The translations under genes were made by a program, and so were the position numbers. A stretch of 64,000 bases of DNA from Candidatus Latescibacterota bacterium (GTDB taxonomy: Bacteria > Latescibacterota > UBA2968). Shown here one piece after another: positions 20,261 to 28,585 of the stretch. The stretch's first letter is position 1. Each line of letters starts with the position of its first letter. The stretch is taken from assembly GCA_965204375.1 (NCBI GenBank), contig OZ241986.1:4736001-4800000 (forward strand). Reading direction: 5' to 3'. The notes under the pieces are model-generated. The model did no database searches, was not told the origin of the DNA, and saw only the letters and a program-made list of their open reading frames with translations.

Positions 20261-20965
20261 TTAGTGGGTATGATTGATGCGTGCGAGTAATTCAGGCAGT
20301 TCCTCAATTTCAGTAATTGATAACCCACGCCAGCCAATTATGTCTGGTCGCGCGTCATATACATCTTCTAAATCGACTTGCTTTAGCACGGGTAAGAAAC
20401 CTATTTCTTTAGCACCGGTCATTTCCTGGCTGCTACCATCGCCCACATAAATACAGACATTTGACGGAAGTCCCAACTGTTCATGTGCCCGTTTATAGAT
20501 TTCAATAGCGGGCTTTTGTATTTTTTCTGTACAAGAAAAGAGCGGTAAATCGATATGCTCTGCTAAAGGGGACGTGTGCCAGAGTAGCGGGACATCTGGA
20601 CCACAGTTTGTTATGAGTCCAATTTTATAGCCATCATTTTTTAGATTTTGAAGCGTAAGCAGGACCTCAGCCTTTGGTTTCAGTGTTCTCATTGTGAAGT
20701 CGTATCGATATTGTGCGGCAGTGTTGATTTTGCAATCGCCTGGGGAGAGACCAATTTGAGCGCAACATACCGCGATATTCTCTTCTATTGACCTGAATTT
20801 CCCAATACATCGGTCAGAAAAAGAAAGATCGGATGCGTGTCTAAACGCTTCATACGGCACCGACAAAGTTTCGGCCATCAATGCAAGTACTTTGTCGTAC
20901 TTTTTTTTGCTAAAATTATCAACCAGTGTCCCAAACAAGTCGAAAATTACTGCCTTAAATTTCAT
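20261..20965 (-). CDS. HAD-family hydrolase
   Basis: AVIFDLFGTL motif I, GLITN, KP and YVGDG motifs. Confidence 0.88.
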   Translation of the reverse strand: MKFKAVIFDLFGTLVDNFSKKKYDKVLALMAETLSVPYEAFRHASDLSFSDRCIGKFRSIEENIAVCCAQIGLSPGDCKINTAAQYRYDFTMRTLKPKAEVLLTLQNLKNDGYKIGLITNCGPDVPLLWHTSPLAEHIDLPLFSCTEKIQKPAIEIYKRAHEQLGLPSNVCIYVGDGSSQEMTGAKEIGFLPVLKQVDLEDVYDARPDIIGWRGLSITEIEELPELLARINHTH

Positions 20966-21006
20966 TATACCAAACTCTCTGTTCGGTACTCCTGTGACTG
21001 ACCTGA

Positions 21007-21423
21007 TCATGATGGTGCTGGTGCCTGGATGAGTTCCAGGTCGGGAATGTCGGAGAAGTCGTGGTCGTCCGACGCAAGCGGACACTCTAAGAGTAGTGCG
21101 GTTGCAGCAACCCAGGCATCTCCCGTGTTTAGCCTGCGCCCCATACGCTCTTGTTCGCTACGCAGATGTGCAGAGATACGAACCAGGTCAGAATTCGGCC
21201 ACACAACTTCATACCGATCAAGGGTCTGCCGTAGGGCATTCTTCCGTCTGTCACCCCAGTTCCCTTTGTAGGCGCCAAACCACAACTCTTCCAGTGTCTG
21301 AAATGAAATGACTGCACGCCGTCCCACAATGCGCTCCCGGTAGTAGGTAGCCGATTCTGCTCGGCGTATGAGTATTGAGACAACGCTGGTATCGAGGACG
21401 ATAGGCGAAGGGTTTGAAAGCAT
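21007..21423 (-). CDS. PIN-domain (VapC-like) toxin
   Basis: VLDTSV, TLEELWFG, GDAWVAATA, SDDHDF motifs. Confidence 0.85.
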   Translation of the reverse strand: MLSNPSPIVLDTSVVSILIRRAESATYYRERIVGRRAVISFQTLEELWFGAYKGNWGDRRKNALRQTLDRYEVVWPNSDLVRISAHLRSEQERMGRRLNTGDAWVAATALLLECPLASDDHDFSDIPDLELIQAPAPS

Positions 21424-22076
21424 CAGATATTCCGTCCTTCACATATCGCGCGATGAAAAGCCTCCCACTCTTCTTCTGTCAGATTAATGGTGACTATTTT
21501 GTCAGGGTCAAAAATCTTCGGATCCGGGTCGTTGCGAAACGCTTCGAGGTCAAACGGTTCCGAGCACGACCGCGTGCTGGTTATCTGATCTACATAAATA
21601 ACATCCCATTCGTCATTGTCTTTGAAGCGACCACGGCCTCTGATCTCGACATACTGTGTCGCCAGCCGACGCATGTCGTCGTTCAGTGCTGGATCGAAAC
21701 GCAATGGTACGACCCTTTGTGGGATGAAATGCAGTTCCGCTGTCCCACAAGCCCAGTTCACTTCCATCAGTCGCCCTTCCACCAATGCTGGCTCGTCCGG
21801 AACCGTCGGCTTTGTTTTGTCGGGTTTCTGCCTTTTTTTTGAGAGGCGGCCTGCAAATAGTGTTTCAACACTGAGGCTTTCATTCAGGTCGGGCCAATGG
21901 ATGCCTTCCCCGGTACGTCGCCAGTTGCGTCTTTCTCTGGCGGTAGCGTGTGCGAGCCTGGGATACCATTTCAGAGGCACAGAGATGGTTCGTCCATCAG
22001 AGAGCACCGCCGTCAGCCTATCCTCGCTTACTTCCACGCGCTCAGCCTGCGGCATATCACTTGTCGAAATATTCAT
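21423..22076 (-). CDS. DUF2442-domain protein fused to an unrelated C-terminal region
   Basis: LSDGRTISVPLKWYPRLAHAT...GIHWPDLNESLSV N-terminal domain; GGAGG RBS before ATG 22076. Confidence 0.7.
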   Translation of the reverse strand: MNISTSDMPQAERVEVSEDRLTAVLSDGRTISVPLKWYPRLAHATARERRNWRRTGEGIHWPDLNESLSVETLFAGRLSKKRQKPDKTKPTVPDEPALVEGRLMEVNWACGTAELHFIPQRVVPLRFDPALNDDMRRLATQYVEIRGRGRFKDNDEWDVIYVDQITSTRSCSEPFDLEAFRNDPDPKIFDPDKIVTINLTEEEWEAFHRAICEGRNI

Positions 22077-22110
22077 CCCATGCCTCCATGTTGTGCAACT
22101 TCTCAGAAGT

Positions 22111-22503
22111 TCATCCGGCATCAACCTCTATCAGTAAATCCGCTGGAATGCCCAGATGTGCTCGCAATGCGCCAATTTGTTCAATAGAGAGCGGGCGAGT
22201 TCCTTCAAAAAATTCCACTGTCTGACTGCTACTGCCCAGCCACTTTGCCAGATCGTCCCGGGAGAGTCCCTTCTGATCCAGCATAAAGTCAACCACTTCT
22301 TGGGGTGTCGATTGTTCATAGGCCTGCAAATGCGTGTCTTCATAAGCCTGCACGAGTACAGACAAAAACGCCAGTCGCGCATACGCTTCTGTTCCGGACT
22401 GAGGATCTGTATCGAGAAGGGTATCGATTTCAGCGACAGCAAGATCGTATTCTTCTTCCTTTCTCAACACATGAGGTTTGGTGAAATCGAGTATGTCAGC
22501 CAT
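22111..22503 (-). CDS. HigA-like HTH antitoxin (no adjacent HigB)
   Basis: EEEYDLAV..IDTLLD...LVQAYE...FMLDQKGL...GTRPLS...LGIPADLLI pattern. Confidence 0.8.
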   Translation of the reverse strand: MADILDFTKPHVLRKEEEYDLAVAEIDTLLDTDPQSGTEAYARLAFLSVLVQAYEDTHLQAYEQSTPQEVVDFMLDQKGLSRDDLAKWLGSSSQTVEFFEGTRPLSIEQIGALRAHLGIPADLLIEVDAG

Positions 22504-22530
22504 TGGGTACTTCTTTAACGATGTGCAGTT

Positions 22531-22797
22531 TCACAGTTTGCTTTTCATATTTCGATCAAAGAATACGCTCACCACCCGCCAGGGCGTAACGGTGGTGTTT
22601 ACGGCTACGCGTAGTACACGGTTACCCTGTTCCGGAATGACCCGAAAAAATCGCTCTACCTCAGGATCATTCGGGTCGGATATACGCAACATCGGTTCGG
22701 CTACCACCCGTTCGACCCACTCGTGAGGGATCATGCGTTCTGTCCTTGCAAGAACCGCATGTTTGCTAAATTCCAGCTTTATCGGTCCGGTTGCCAT
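22531..22797 (-). CDS. DUF4258-like putative toxin
   Basis: FSKHA...ER.I...WVERVV..P...RVLRVAVN...VVSVFFDR; start codon uncertain (may be further upstream). Confidence 0.65.
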   Translation of the reverse strand: MATGPIKLEFSKHAVLARTERMIPHEWVERVVAEPMLRISDPNDPEVERFFRVIPEQGNRVLRVAVNTTVTPWRVVSVFFDRNMKSKL

Positions 22798-22870
22798 ATC
22801 GCGCTCATGGGCTTCAGGGTGCGCGGCTGAATATATCCACAATAAAAACGATGGTTCTTGTAGGGAACTG

Positions 22871-23071
22871 TCAAGCTGTCTCGAATTCCAGGGTGGAGAG
22901 CTTCAGATTGGAGGAGCGTTTCGAGAGATAGAGCAGTTCTACGCCCACCACTTCGTTTGATGCATTGTAATCGAGCACCACGCCGGGCGAGACCTCTTCT
23001 GACTCGACAATAGTAGAGTCGTCAAGGCGCAGATAGAGCGCGTCGGCTTCCTTATCCACATGTAGTTTCAT
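22871..23071 (-). CDS. DUF2283 (YuzE-like) putative antitoxin
   Basis: DKEADALYLRL...ESEEVSPGVVLDY...VVGVEL. Confidence 0.85.
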   Translation of the reverse strand: MKLHVDKEADALYLRLDDSTIVESEEVSPGVVLDYNASNEVVGVELLYLSKRSSNLKLSTLEFETA

Positions 23072-23217
23072 AATGCGTTACCTCCATCGTGTACAACTTC
23101 TCAGATGTCCATTCGGGATCACTGGATCCGTATTTACAAATATCCGCAATTTAAGCGAAAAAACAAGGGGTTATAATGAGTGTTTTTAACTTAAGTTGGT
23201 ACGTTGGATCGCCCAGA

Positions 23218-23931
23218 TTAAAGACTCAGGCGTTCTCGAAATTTTTGTGCCTGACGTCGGGAGATTTCAATTTCATGGCCTCCTTGCAACAACACTTTTA
23301 GGCCGCCTTGAAACCATGGTTCAATTTTTTCGATATACTGTAAATTGACAATTTGCTGGCGATTGACGCGAAAAAATATGCGTTTGTCCAAACGCTCTTC
23401 AAGGTGGTTGAGGGTGCGCGGAATAAGGGGTTTGAATTTTTGAAAATAGACCCGTGTGTAATTGCCAGAGACTTCGAACAATTGAATGTCTGAGAGTTTG
23501 ATAAACCAGCATTGATCACCGTCTTTTACAAAGACGCGACTCGAATCTGTCAATGCTGGTGCAATAGCTTCATCGGAAGAATGGGTTTGGGCTTGCAGTT
23601 TTTCAATCGCGCTTGCAAGGCGTTCGGGCTGAATGGGTTTTAGCAAGTAGTCGAGCGCATTGACTTCAAATGCTCGAATGGCATATTCGTCATAGGCGGT
23701 TGTAAAGATCACCTGTGGTACCTGGTCAAGGGTTTCGAGCAGTTCAAAGCCGTCTTGCCCGGGCATCTGAATGTCGAGGAAGATCACATCGACAGATAGT
23801 TTTTCGAGTTGCTGCCGTGCAGCATCTGTATTTGCGGCCTCACCTGCGACAGTGATAGTCTCAACAGCTTTGAGTAAATGTTTTAACTCCTGGCGGGCAA
23901 GTCGTGAATCATCGACGATCAATGCATTCAT
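23218..23931 (-). CDS. LytTR-family response regulator
   Basis: IVDD, FLDIQMP, FTTAYD, DYLLKP receiver; FFRVNRQQIVN and ISRRQ LytTR domain. Confidence 0.93.
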   Translation of the reverse strand: MNALIVDDSRLARQELKHLLKAVETITVAGEAANTDAARQQLEKLSVDVIFLDIQMPGQDGFELLETLDQVPQVIFTTAYDEYAIRAFEVNALDYLLKPIQPERLASAIEKLQAQTHSSDEAIAPALTDSSRVFVKDGDQCWFIKLSDIQLFEVSGNYTRVYFQKFKPLIPRTLNHLEERLDKRIFFRVNRQQIVNLQYIEKIEPWFQGGLKVLLQGGHEIEISRRQAQKFRERLSL

Positions 23932-24983
23932 GTTTGTTGTCCAGTGAGCGGTACCTGAAACCTGGCACAGACCTGATTTTGAGAAGTATTTTCAACTGCC
24001 AATTGCGCGGTGTTACCAAATAAGAGGCGCAGACGTTCTCTGGTATTTTGCAGGCCAATGCCGTCATTTGTTGCGTTGTTTTTTAGTTGGCCGGTGTTTA
24101 CAATGCAGACCACCATAGCAGTTTGCTGAAGGGTTGTCCGTATTGAGATTTCGCCACCATCCGGATGCTGTGCAATGCCGTGTCGAATCGCATTTTCGAC
24201 CAGGGTCTGTATGGTCATCGGCGGAATTTCGACTTGTCGTGTTTCTGGCGCAATGTCGAACCGATAACGCAACCGGTCTTCCAACTGGGTGGCTTCGAGT
24301 TGGAGATAGTTTTTCACAATTGCCAATTCTTCTTTCAACAGTACACTTCTGGTGTTGCTGACCTGTAGCGCGTATCGAAATAGCTCAGACAGTTTTGAGA
24401 TCATGTCGCGTGCGCGTTCGGGGTTTTCAATGACCAGGGCACGGATATTGTTGAGGCTGTTAAAAAGAAAATGGGGATTTATCTGGGCTTTCAGTGCCAT
24501 CAATTCGGCTTCTTTAACCGCTGTTTGCAATTCCCATTTTTCGCGTTCTCCGCGTTTGGTTATGTCAAATATGTGGAAGATGACGTACAACAGCGACCAT
24601 ATCCAGAGGATAAAGTTCGTGTTGAGTATTTGCAGACCATACAATTTCCAACGGAATTGTTCAATCGTAAGCGTCTCGTCTATATAAAGATAACCAAAGA
24701 TCTGAATACTCTGGCTGATAATCGCAATGACCAGATCGGCTATCAATACTCTGATAAATAGTTTCCACAAAGGCAGTGTGACCCAATGCCGCTTTTTGAA
24801 TATGGTTCTGAGCAGGTGTGTCCACAACAAGAGTTGTGCAGATCCAAAGACAGTGATGCCCAAATTTTGTGCGGTAATGGTCTGAAAAGCAGATAGGAAG
24901 ACCGTGTTGAGTAGGCCGTATATTCCCCATCCCAAAATCTGACAGGTCCAATATGCTTTGCTGTGGTTTTTGAACTGAGACAT
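23928..24983 (-). CDS. LytS/YehU-type sensor histidine kinase
   Basis: N-terminal TM helices; AQINPHFLFNSLNNI, LVENAIRHG, GIGLQN. Confidence 0.93.
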   Translation of the reverse strand: MSQFKNHSKAYWTCQILGWGIYGLLNTVFLSAFQTITAQNLGITVFGSAQLLLWTHLLRTIFKKRHWVTLPLWKLFIRVLIADLVIAIISQSIQIFGYLYIDETLTIEQFRWKLYGLQILNTNFILWIWSLLYVIFHIFDITKRGEREKWELQTAVKEAELMALKAQINPHFLFNSLNNIRALVIENPERARDMISKLSELFRYALQVSNTRSVLLKEELAIVKNYLQLEATQLEDRLRYRFDIAPETRQVEIPPMTIQTLVENAIRHGIAQHPDGGEISIRTTLQQTAMVVCIVNTGQLKNNATNDGIGLQNTRERLRLLFGNTAQLAVENTSQNQVCARFQVPLTGQQT

Positions 24984-24990
24984 ATTGTGC

Positions 24991-25908
24991 TCATCTGGGA
25001 GTCTGGGGCGCGGTTGTCTTGTTAGAGAGGAACGCATCAATGGTCTTAAAGTAGCCCTCTGGGTCGTCCCACATGATAAAGTGTTTGCCCGTGTCCGTCA
25101 TCCATATTTCGCAATTCTCAACATGAACGTACTGTTTTTGATACGCGGATAGTGAACTTTCTCGCGTTGCGCCACGAGATTGACCCGAAACCCAGGCGCC
25201 CAATACCAGTACAGGTGTTTGTATTTTTTTTATTTCGGTTCGCAAGTCTGTCAAAAATATTTCGTACATCACTTGTGCAACGGTGTTTGGGTCCGAAGAT
25301 AGACTCCACACAACAGCCGTATCTATTTTTGCGGGGTCTGTGATCATCATTTTGAGCATAGATGGCGTTGCTTTTTCTCTTTGTTCAGGTGTTTGCGAAA
25401 GTATCCAGGCGCGTGTTTGTTCTGCTGGCGCACGCATAAAGTCAACGGTTGCTGCTGGATTTTGTAATGCGGGTAAAAAGGGCACGGCATCGACTATAAT
25501 AAGCGGTCCTGCGCTTTCGGGGATGCTTGCCGCAACCCACAAGGATAGAAAACCGCCCAGACTGTGTCCTGCAAGGATTGGTTTTTTCAGTTCGTTTTCC
25601 TGGATATATGCAATAAGCGCGTCTCTCATGGTTTGCAGATAATGTTCTGTTTGCACGGGTGGTTGTCCGGCAAATCCCGCGAGTGTAAAGACATGGCATT
25701 CAAAGCTGTTCTGGTATCGGCTGACTGTTTCGCGCCAGACATCTCCAGAACTACTTAGACCCGGAATTAAAATCATCGGATGTCCAGATCCTGTTATTTG
25801 TACTTTGAAAGGTTGCGGATTATCTGTTTGTGTAAGTGCGGGAATTGGTGTTAGAAGCGCGATGAAGATTGCACTTATTTGCAATATGACGTATTTCCAT
25901 TTTGACAT
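24991..25908 (-). CDS. Secreted alpha/beta hydrolase
   Basis: Signal peptide, ILIPGL, GHSLGG nucleophile, HFIMWD. Confidence 0.9.
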   Translation of the reverse strand: MSKWKYVILQISAIFIALLTPIPALTQTDNPQPFKVQITGSGHPMILIPGLSSSGDVWRETVSRYQNSFECHVFTLAGFAGQPPVQTEHYLQTMRDALIAYIQENELKKPILAGHSLGGFLSLWVAASIPESAGPLIIVDAVPFLPALQNPAATVDFMRAPAEQTRAWILSQTPEQREKATPSMLKMMITDPAKIDTAVVWSLSSDPNTVAQVMYEIFLTDLRTEIKKIQTPVLVLGAWVSGQSRGATRESSLSAYQKQYVHVENCEIWMTDTGKHFIMWDDPEGYFKTIDAFLSNKTTAPQTPR

Positions 25909-25992
25909 GACATCCTCCTTTTGACGGTGGATACTTCTCTGTTGTGATCGATCAAAAGGTAGGTAATCAATCGCGTTCTAATAAGCAAAAGA

Positions 25993-26023
25993 TGATAAAC
26001 GGTTCAACAGGCTGATGAACGGT
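25993..26023 (-). promoter_or_regulatory. Putative LytTR-binding direct repeat
   Basis: Minus strand ACCGTTCATCA-N9-ACCGTTTATCA upstream of the hydrolase-kinase-regulator operon. Confidence 0.65.
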
Positions 26024-26088
26024 CAACAGGTCCGATGGTGTATGCTGTTGAGATTCTTTCAGTTTCACATATCAATGGAGATTGAGGA

Positions 26089-26613
26089 ATGACGACTTTC
26101 TATCTTGTTCGACATGGAGAATCCCGGCTGGATTTGGCTGCTGGTGGGAATCTCAAAGGCGCAGAGAGGGGTTGGGCAGCGCATATTATTCCGTTGACCG
26201 AGACGGGGATCAGCCAGATTGAGAATGCTTCAAAATCCCTATCAACTGAAGGCCCTCAGATCGTTATTTCATCCCCAATGTCACGGGCGCTCCAATCGGC
26301 TGCAATACTCAGCCGAATACTCGATCTTCCGCTTCGAGTCGAGTTTGATCTGCACGAATGGATTTGCGGATGGCGCGATTCGATGGAGCTTGTCGGAGAA
26401 ACAGAGGCAGAAATGCTTGAGCTGGGAGGTGAGTGGCCTATAGGAGAGACGAGAGATTGGGAGCCGATGTCCAGTGTGCGAGATCGTGTTGGTCGTGTAT
26501 TAGAACGGTACCAGACTTTTCAGCGTGTTATTGTTGTGTGTCATGAAACGGTCATCTTTTCGCTGACTGGAAAGAGGATGGGGTTTGCAGAATTTGTAAA
26601 GTTAGAAAAGTAA
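26089..26613 (+). CDS. Histidine phosphatase family protein
   Basis: LVRHGE, SSPMSRALQSA, DLHEW, VVCH motifs. Confidence 0.88.
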   Translation: MTTFYLVRHGESRLDLAAGGNLKGAERGWAAHIIPLTETGISQIENASKSLSTEGPQIVISSPMSRALQSAAILSRILDLPLRVEFDLHEWICGWRDSMELVGETEAEMLELGGEWPIGETRDWEPMSSVRDRVGRVLERYQTFQRVIVVCHETVIFSLTGKRMGFAEFVKLEK

Positions 26614-26674
26614 GTGTCCGAGTCGTATAAGAAAGGAGGATGCCTATTGGGCTGAGAAATCTCTCCCAAAAGAC

Positions 26675-26826
26675 TTGCTTTATGATGCTCTGTAACATAT
26701 CATTGGTGTGAACAAGCAATAGAAAATATTGGCAGAACCAATATTTTGCGTCACCTGAATTGATGGCGCGGGGGAGCTTCTATAGGAGAGATACATCTCC
26801 TATGGTAAATCGCCCGCGCTTTTTTT
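26675..26826 (+). promoter_or_regulatory. Sigma70-like promoter and structured 5' leader ending in an intrinsic terminator (attenuator candidate)
   Basis: TTGCTT-17-TATCAT; hairpin 26723-26747; GCGCGGG..CCCGCGC stem plus 7 T at 26766-26826. Confidence 0.55.
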
Positions 26827-26884
26827 GTTTTCGAGGCCAGTGATGCACAAAAATTCCTTTGAAACTCTCTCACTACAAGGAGGT

Positions 26885-27676
26885 ATGAATATGCGAGTCG
26901 CCATCATCTCTGATATTCATGGAAATTTAGTGGCTCTGGAAGCTGTCTTGAACGATCTCAAAACAGAATCTATTGATCACATTGTGTGCCTGGGTGATAC
27001 AGTCTCTGGCGGTCCCCAACCATGTGAGGTTATTGCTCGTTTGAAAACGCTAAATGGTCCTGTTGTTATGGGGAACATGGATGTGTGGTGTCTTGATCCT
27101 CATCCGGGTAGGGGAAAGAGCAAGAATGCGAGGCGAGGAAATGAAGTTCGATTCTGGGGTGTTCGTAGGCTTTCACCTGACGATCTCGACTACATGCGGA
27201 CGTTCCAGGCTACGGTCGCGATACCGCTCGACACAAATACCAATCTTCTTTGCTATCACGGTTCGCCACGATCTAATGAAGATGCTATTGCTTCTCACAC
27301 GCCAGATGAGGAGATGGAACGCATGCTGTCTGGTTGTCGCGCTATGGTGTTGGCTGGAGGACATACGCATACACAGATGGTTCGTTATTACGGAGATTGC
27401 ACGACCGTCAATCCCGGAAGTGTTGGTGCGCCTGTTCCCGCACAAGACCGGATACGCCGAGTTCTTCGAGGTCCATTGCGTAATTCGCACGATAGGGGAT
27501 ATCCTCCTTGGGCAGAATATGGCGTTATTACTTGGGAGAATAAGAGTCTTCGTATTGAGTTACGCCGTGTGCTTATAGATATCGATTTGCTGGTGAAAAA
27601 AACGCGAGAGAGCGAGATGCCAAACGCGGATTGGTGGATTCAAAATCGGTATCCGGAGGTGGTTTCCGAGGTATAG
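26885..27676 (+). CDS. Metallophosphoesterase family protein
   Basis: SDIHGN, CLGD, GNMD, HGSP, GHTH and NPGSVG motifs; AGGAGG RBS. Confidence 0.92.
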   Translation: MNMRVAIISDIHGNLVALEAVLNDLKTESIDHIVCLGDTVSGGPQPCEVIARLKTLNGPVVMGNMDVWCLDPHPGRGKSKNARRGNEVRFWGVRRLSPDDLDYMRTFQATVAIPLDTNTNLLCYHGSPRSNEDAIASHTPDEEMERMLSGCRAMVLAGGHTHTQMVRYYGDCTTVNPGSVGAPVPAQDRIRRVLRGPLRNSHDRGYPPWAEYGVITWENKSLRIELRRVLIDIDLLVKKTRESEMPNADWWIQNRYPEVVSEV

Positions 27677-27811
27677 CTGATGGGTGGATTCAAATGGTAG
27701 CTGTGGGGATTTTATTCGATCATTCTACCCTATTTTTTTAGGACTGGATGATGTCGAAAAATCAGATATGGCTCCGCCCGTTGACGAGGTCAGGAAATAG
27801 AAATGGCTCAC

Positions 27812-28081
27812 TCATCCATCCAATTGATCCCAATCTGGTGGGGTTTGGCTGGGAATTTTTTTATTCATAACAGCGTCAAAAGCTTCCAAAATTTCTCGTT
27901 TGTTTTTGCCCGCATATTGATTTTGAAAAAAGGCTGTGGTTTCAAGCTCGGCAATTTCACGCGCAAAAGCATAAATTGCAAACTGATTCATAGATACGCC
28001 CTGTTTTTCCGCTGTCTTTTCTATTCGCTCTTTGAGGTCCTTTGGCACGCGAATGGTCAATACGTGATTTTTTTTATTCAT
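27812..28081 (-). CDS. Ribbon-helix-helix (HicB-like) antitoxin
   Basis: LTIRVPKDLKERIEKTAEKQGVSMNQF; overlaps the stop of the PIN gene. Confidence 0.8.
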   Translation of the reverse strand: MNKKNHVLTIRVPKDLKERIEKTAEKQGVSMNQFAIYAFAREIAELETTAFFQNQYAGKNKREILEAFDAVMNKKIPSQTPPDWDQLDG

Positions 28082-28511
28082 AACGTTGTCTCCAATATCG
28101 AACAAATTGAGCTGGCGTGATGATTTCGAACTGGTCGAATCTCAATTCCGTCCCTTTTGTAAAGTCATTGACATTTTGCGTAATGATATATCGCGCATTG
28201 CTCGCGAAAGCCAGATCGGTAAACATATTATCGTTCTCATCACGAAGATTTGGTCGCATGAGAAAGTGGATGGGGATAGGCTTGCCAATATACGCTATAA
28301 ATCGAAGAACCGATTCTATCTCTTCGCGCGTTCGTTTGAGGTCCTGAAGTGTGTTTGGGCGTAGCAGGACGTCTGAATATTCTAAAAAGATAGGGATTGA
28401 TAGGGCCAAATCAAGGCGATAAGCGCGAATGAGTTGTAAAATATAATTTGATGCACCTGTGATATTTCGCAGTGCCTGGTAGAGTACATTGGTATCCATT
28501 ACAATTCTCAT
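28074..28511 (-). CDS. PIN-family putative toxin
   Basis: MRIVMDTNVL...LRDENDNMF.DLA...IITQNVNDF. Confidence 0.88.
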   Translation of the reverse strand: MRIVMDTNVLYQALRNITGASNYILQLIRAYRLDLALSIPIFLEYSDVLLRPNTLQDLKRTREEIESVLRFIAYIGKPIPIHFLMRPNLRDENDNMFTDLAFASNARYIITQNVNDFTKGTELRFDQFEIITPAQFVRYWRQRYE

Positions 28512-28517
28512 GTTAAA

Positions 28518-28546
28518 ATGATAGTATATATGCTATCAAGTGTCAA
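28518..28546 (-). promoter_or_regulatory. Sigma70 promoter with overlapping palindromic operator; probably leaderless transcript
   Basis: TTGACA-17-TATCAT, then 6 nt, then ATG; TGATAG-N8-CTATCA palindrome at 28519-28538. Confidence 0.7.
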
Positions 28547-28585
28547 GAATGTATTGTTTTGAACGAAGGTGGGCGACTTGATAGC

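Noticed and set aside
20221-23130. Integron cassette array (HAD and TA genes)
   Set aside because: No convincing attC with paired RYYYAAC/GTTRRRY boxes and no integron integrase seen.
26612-26621. AAGTGTCCGA half-site of the enhancer
   Set aside because: A single short match with no second half-site or sigma54 box; likely chance.
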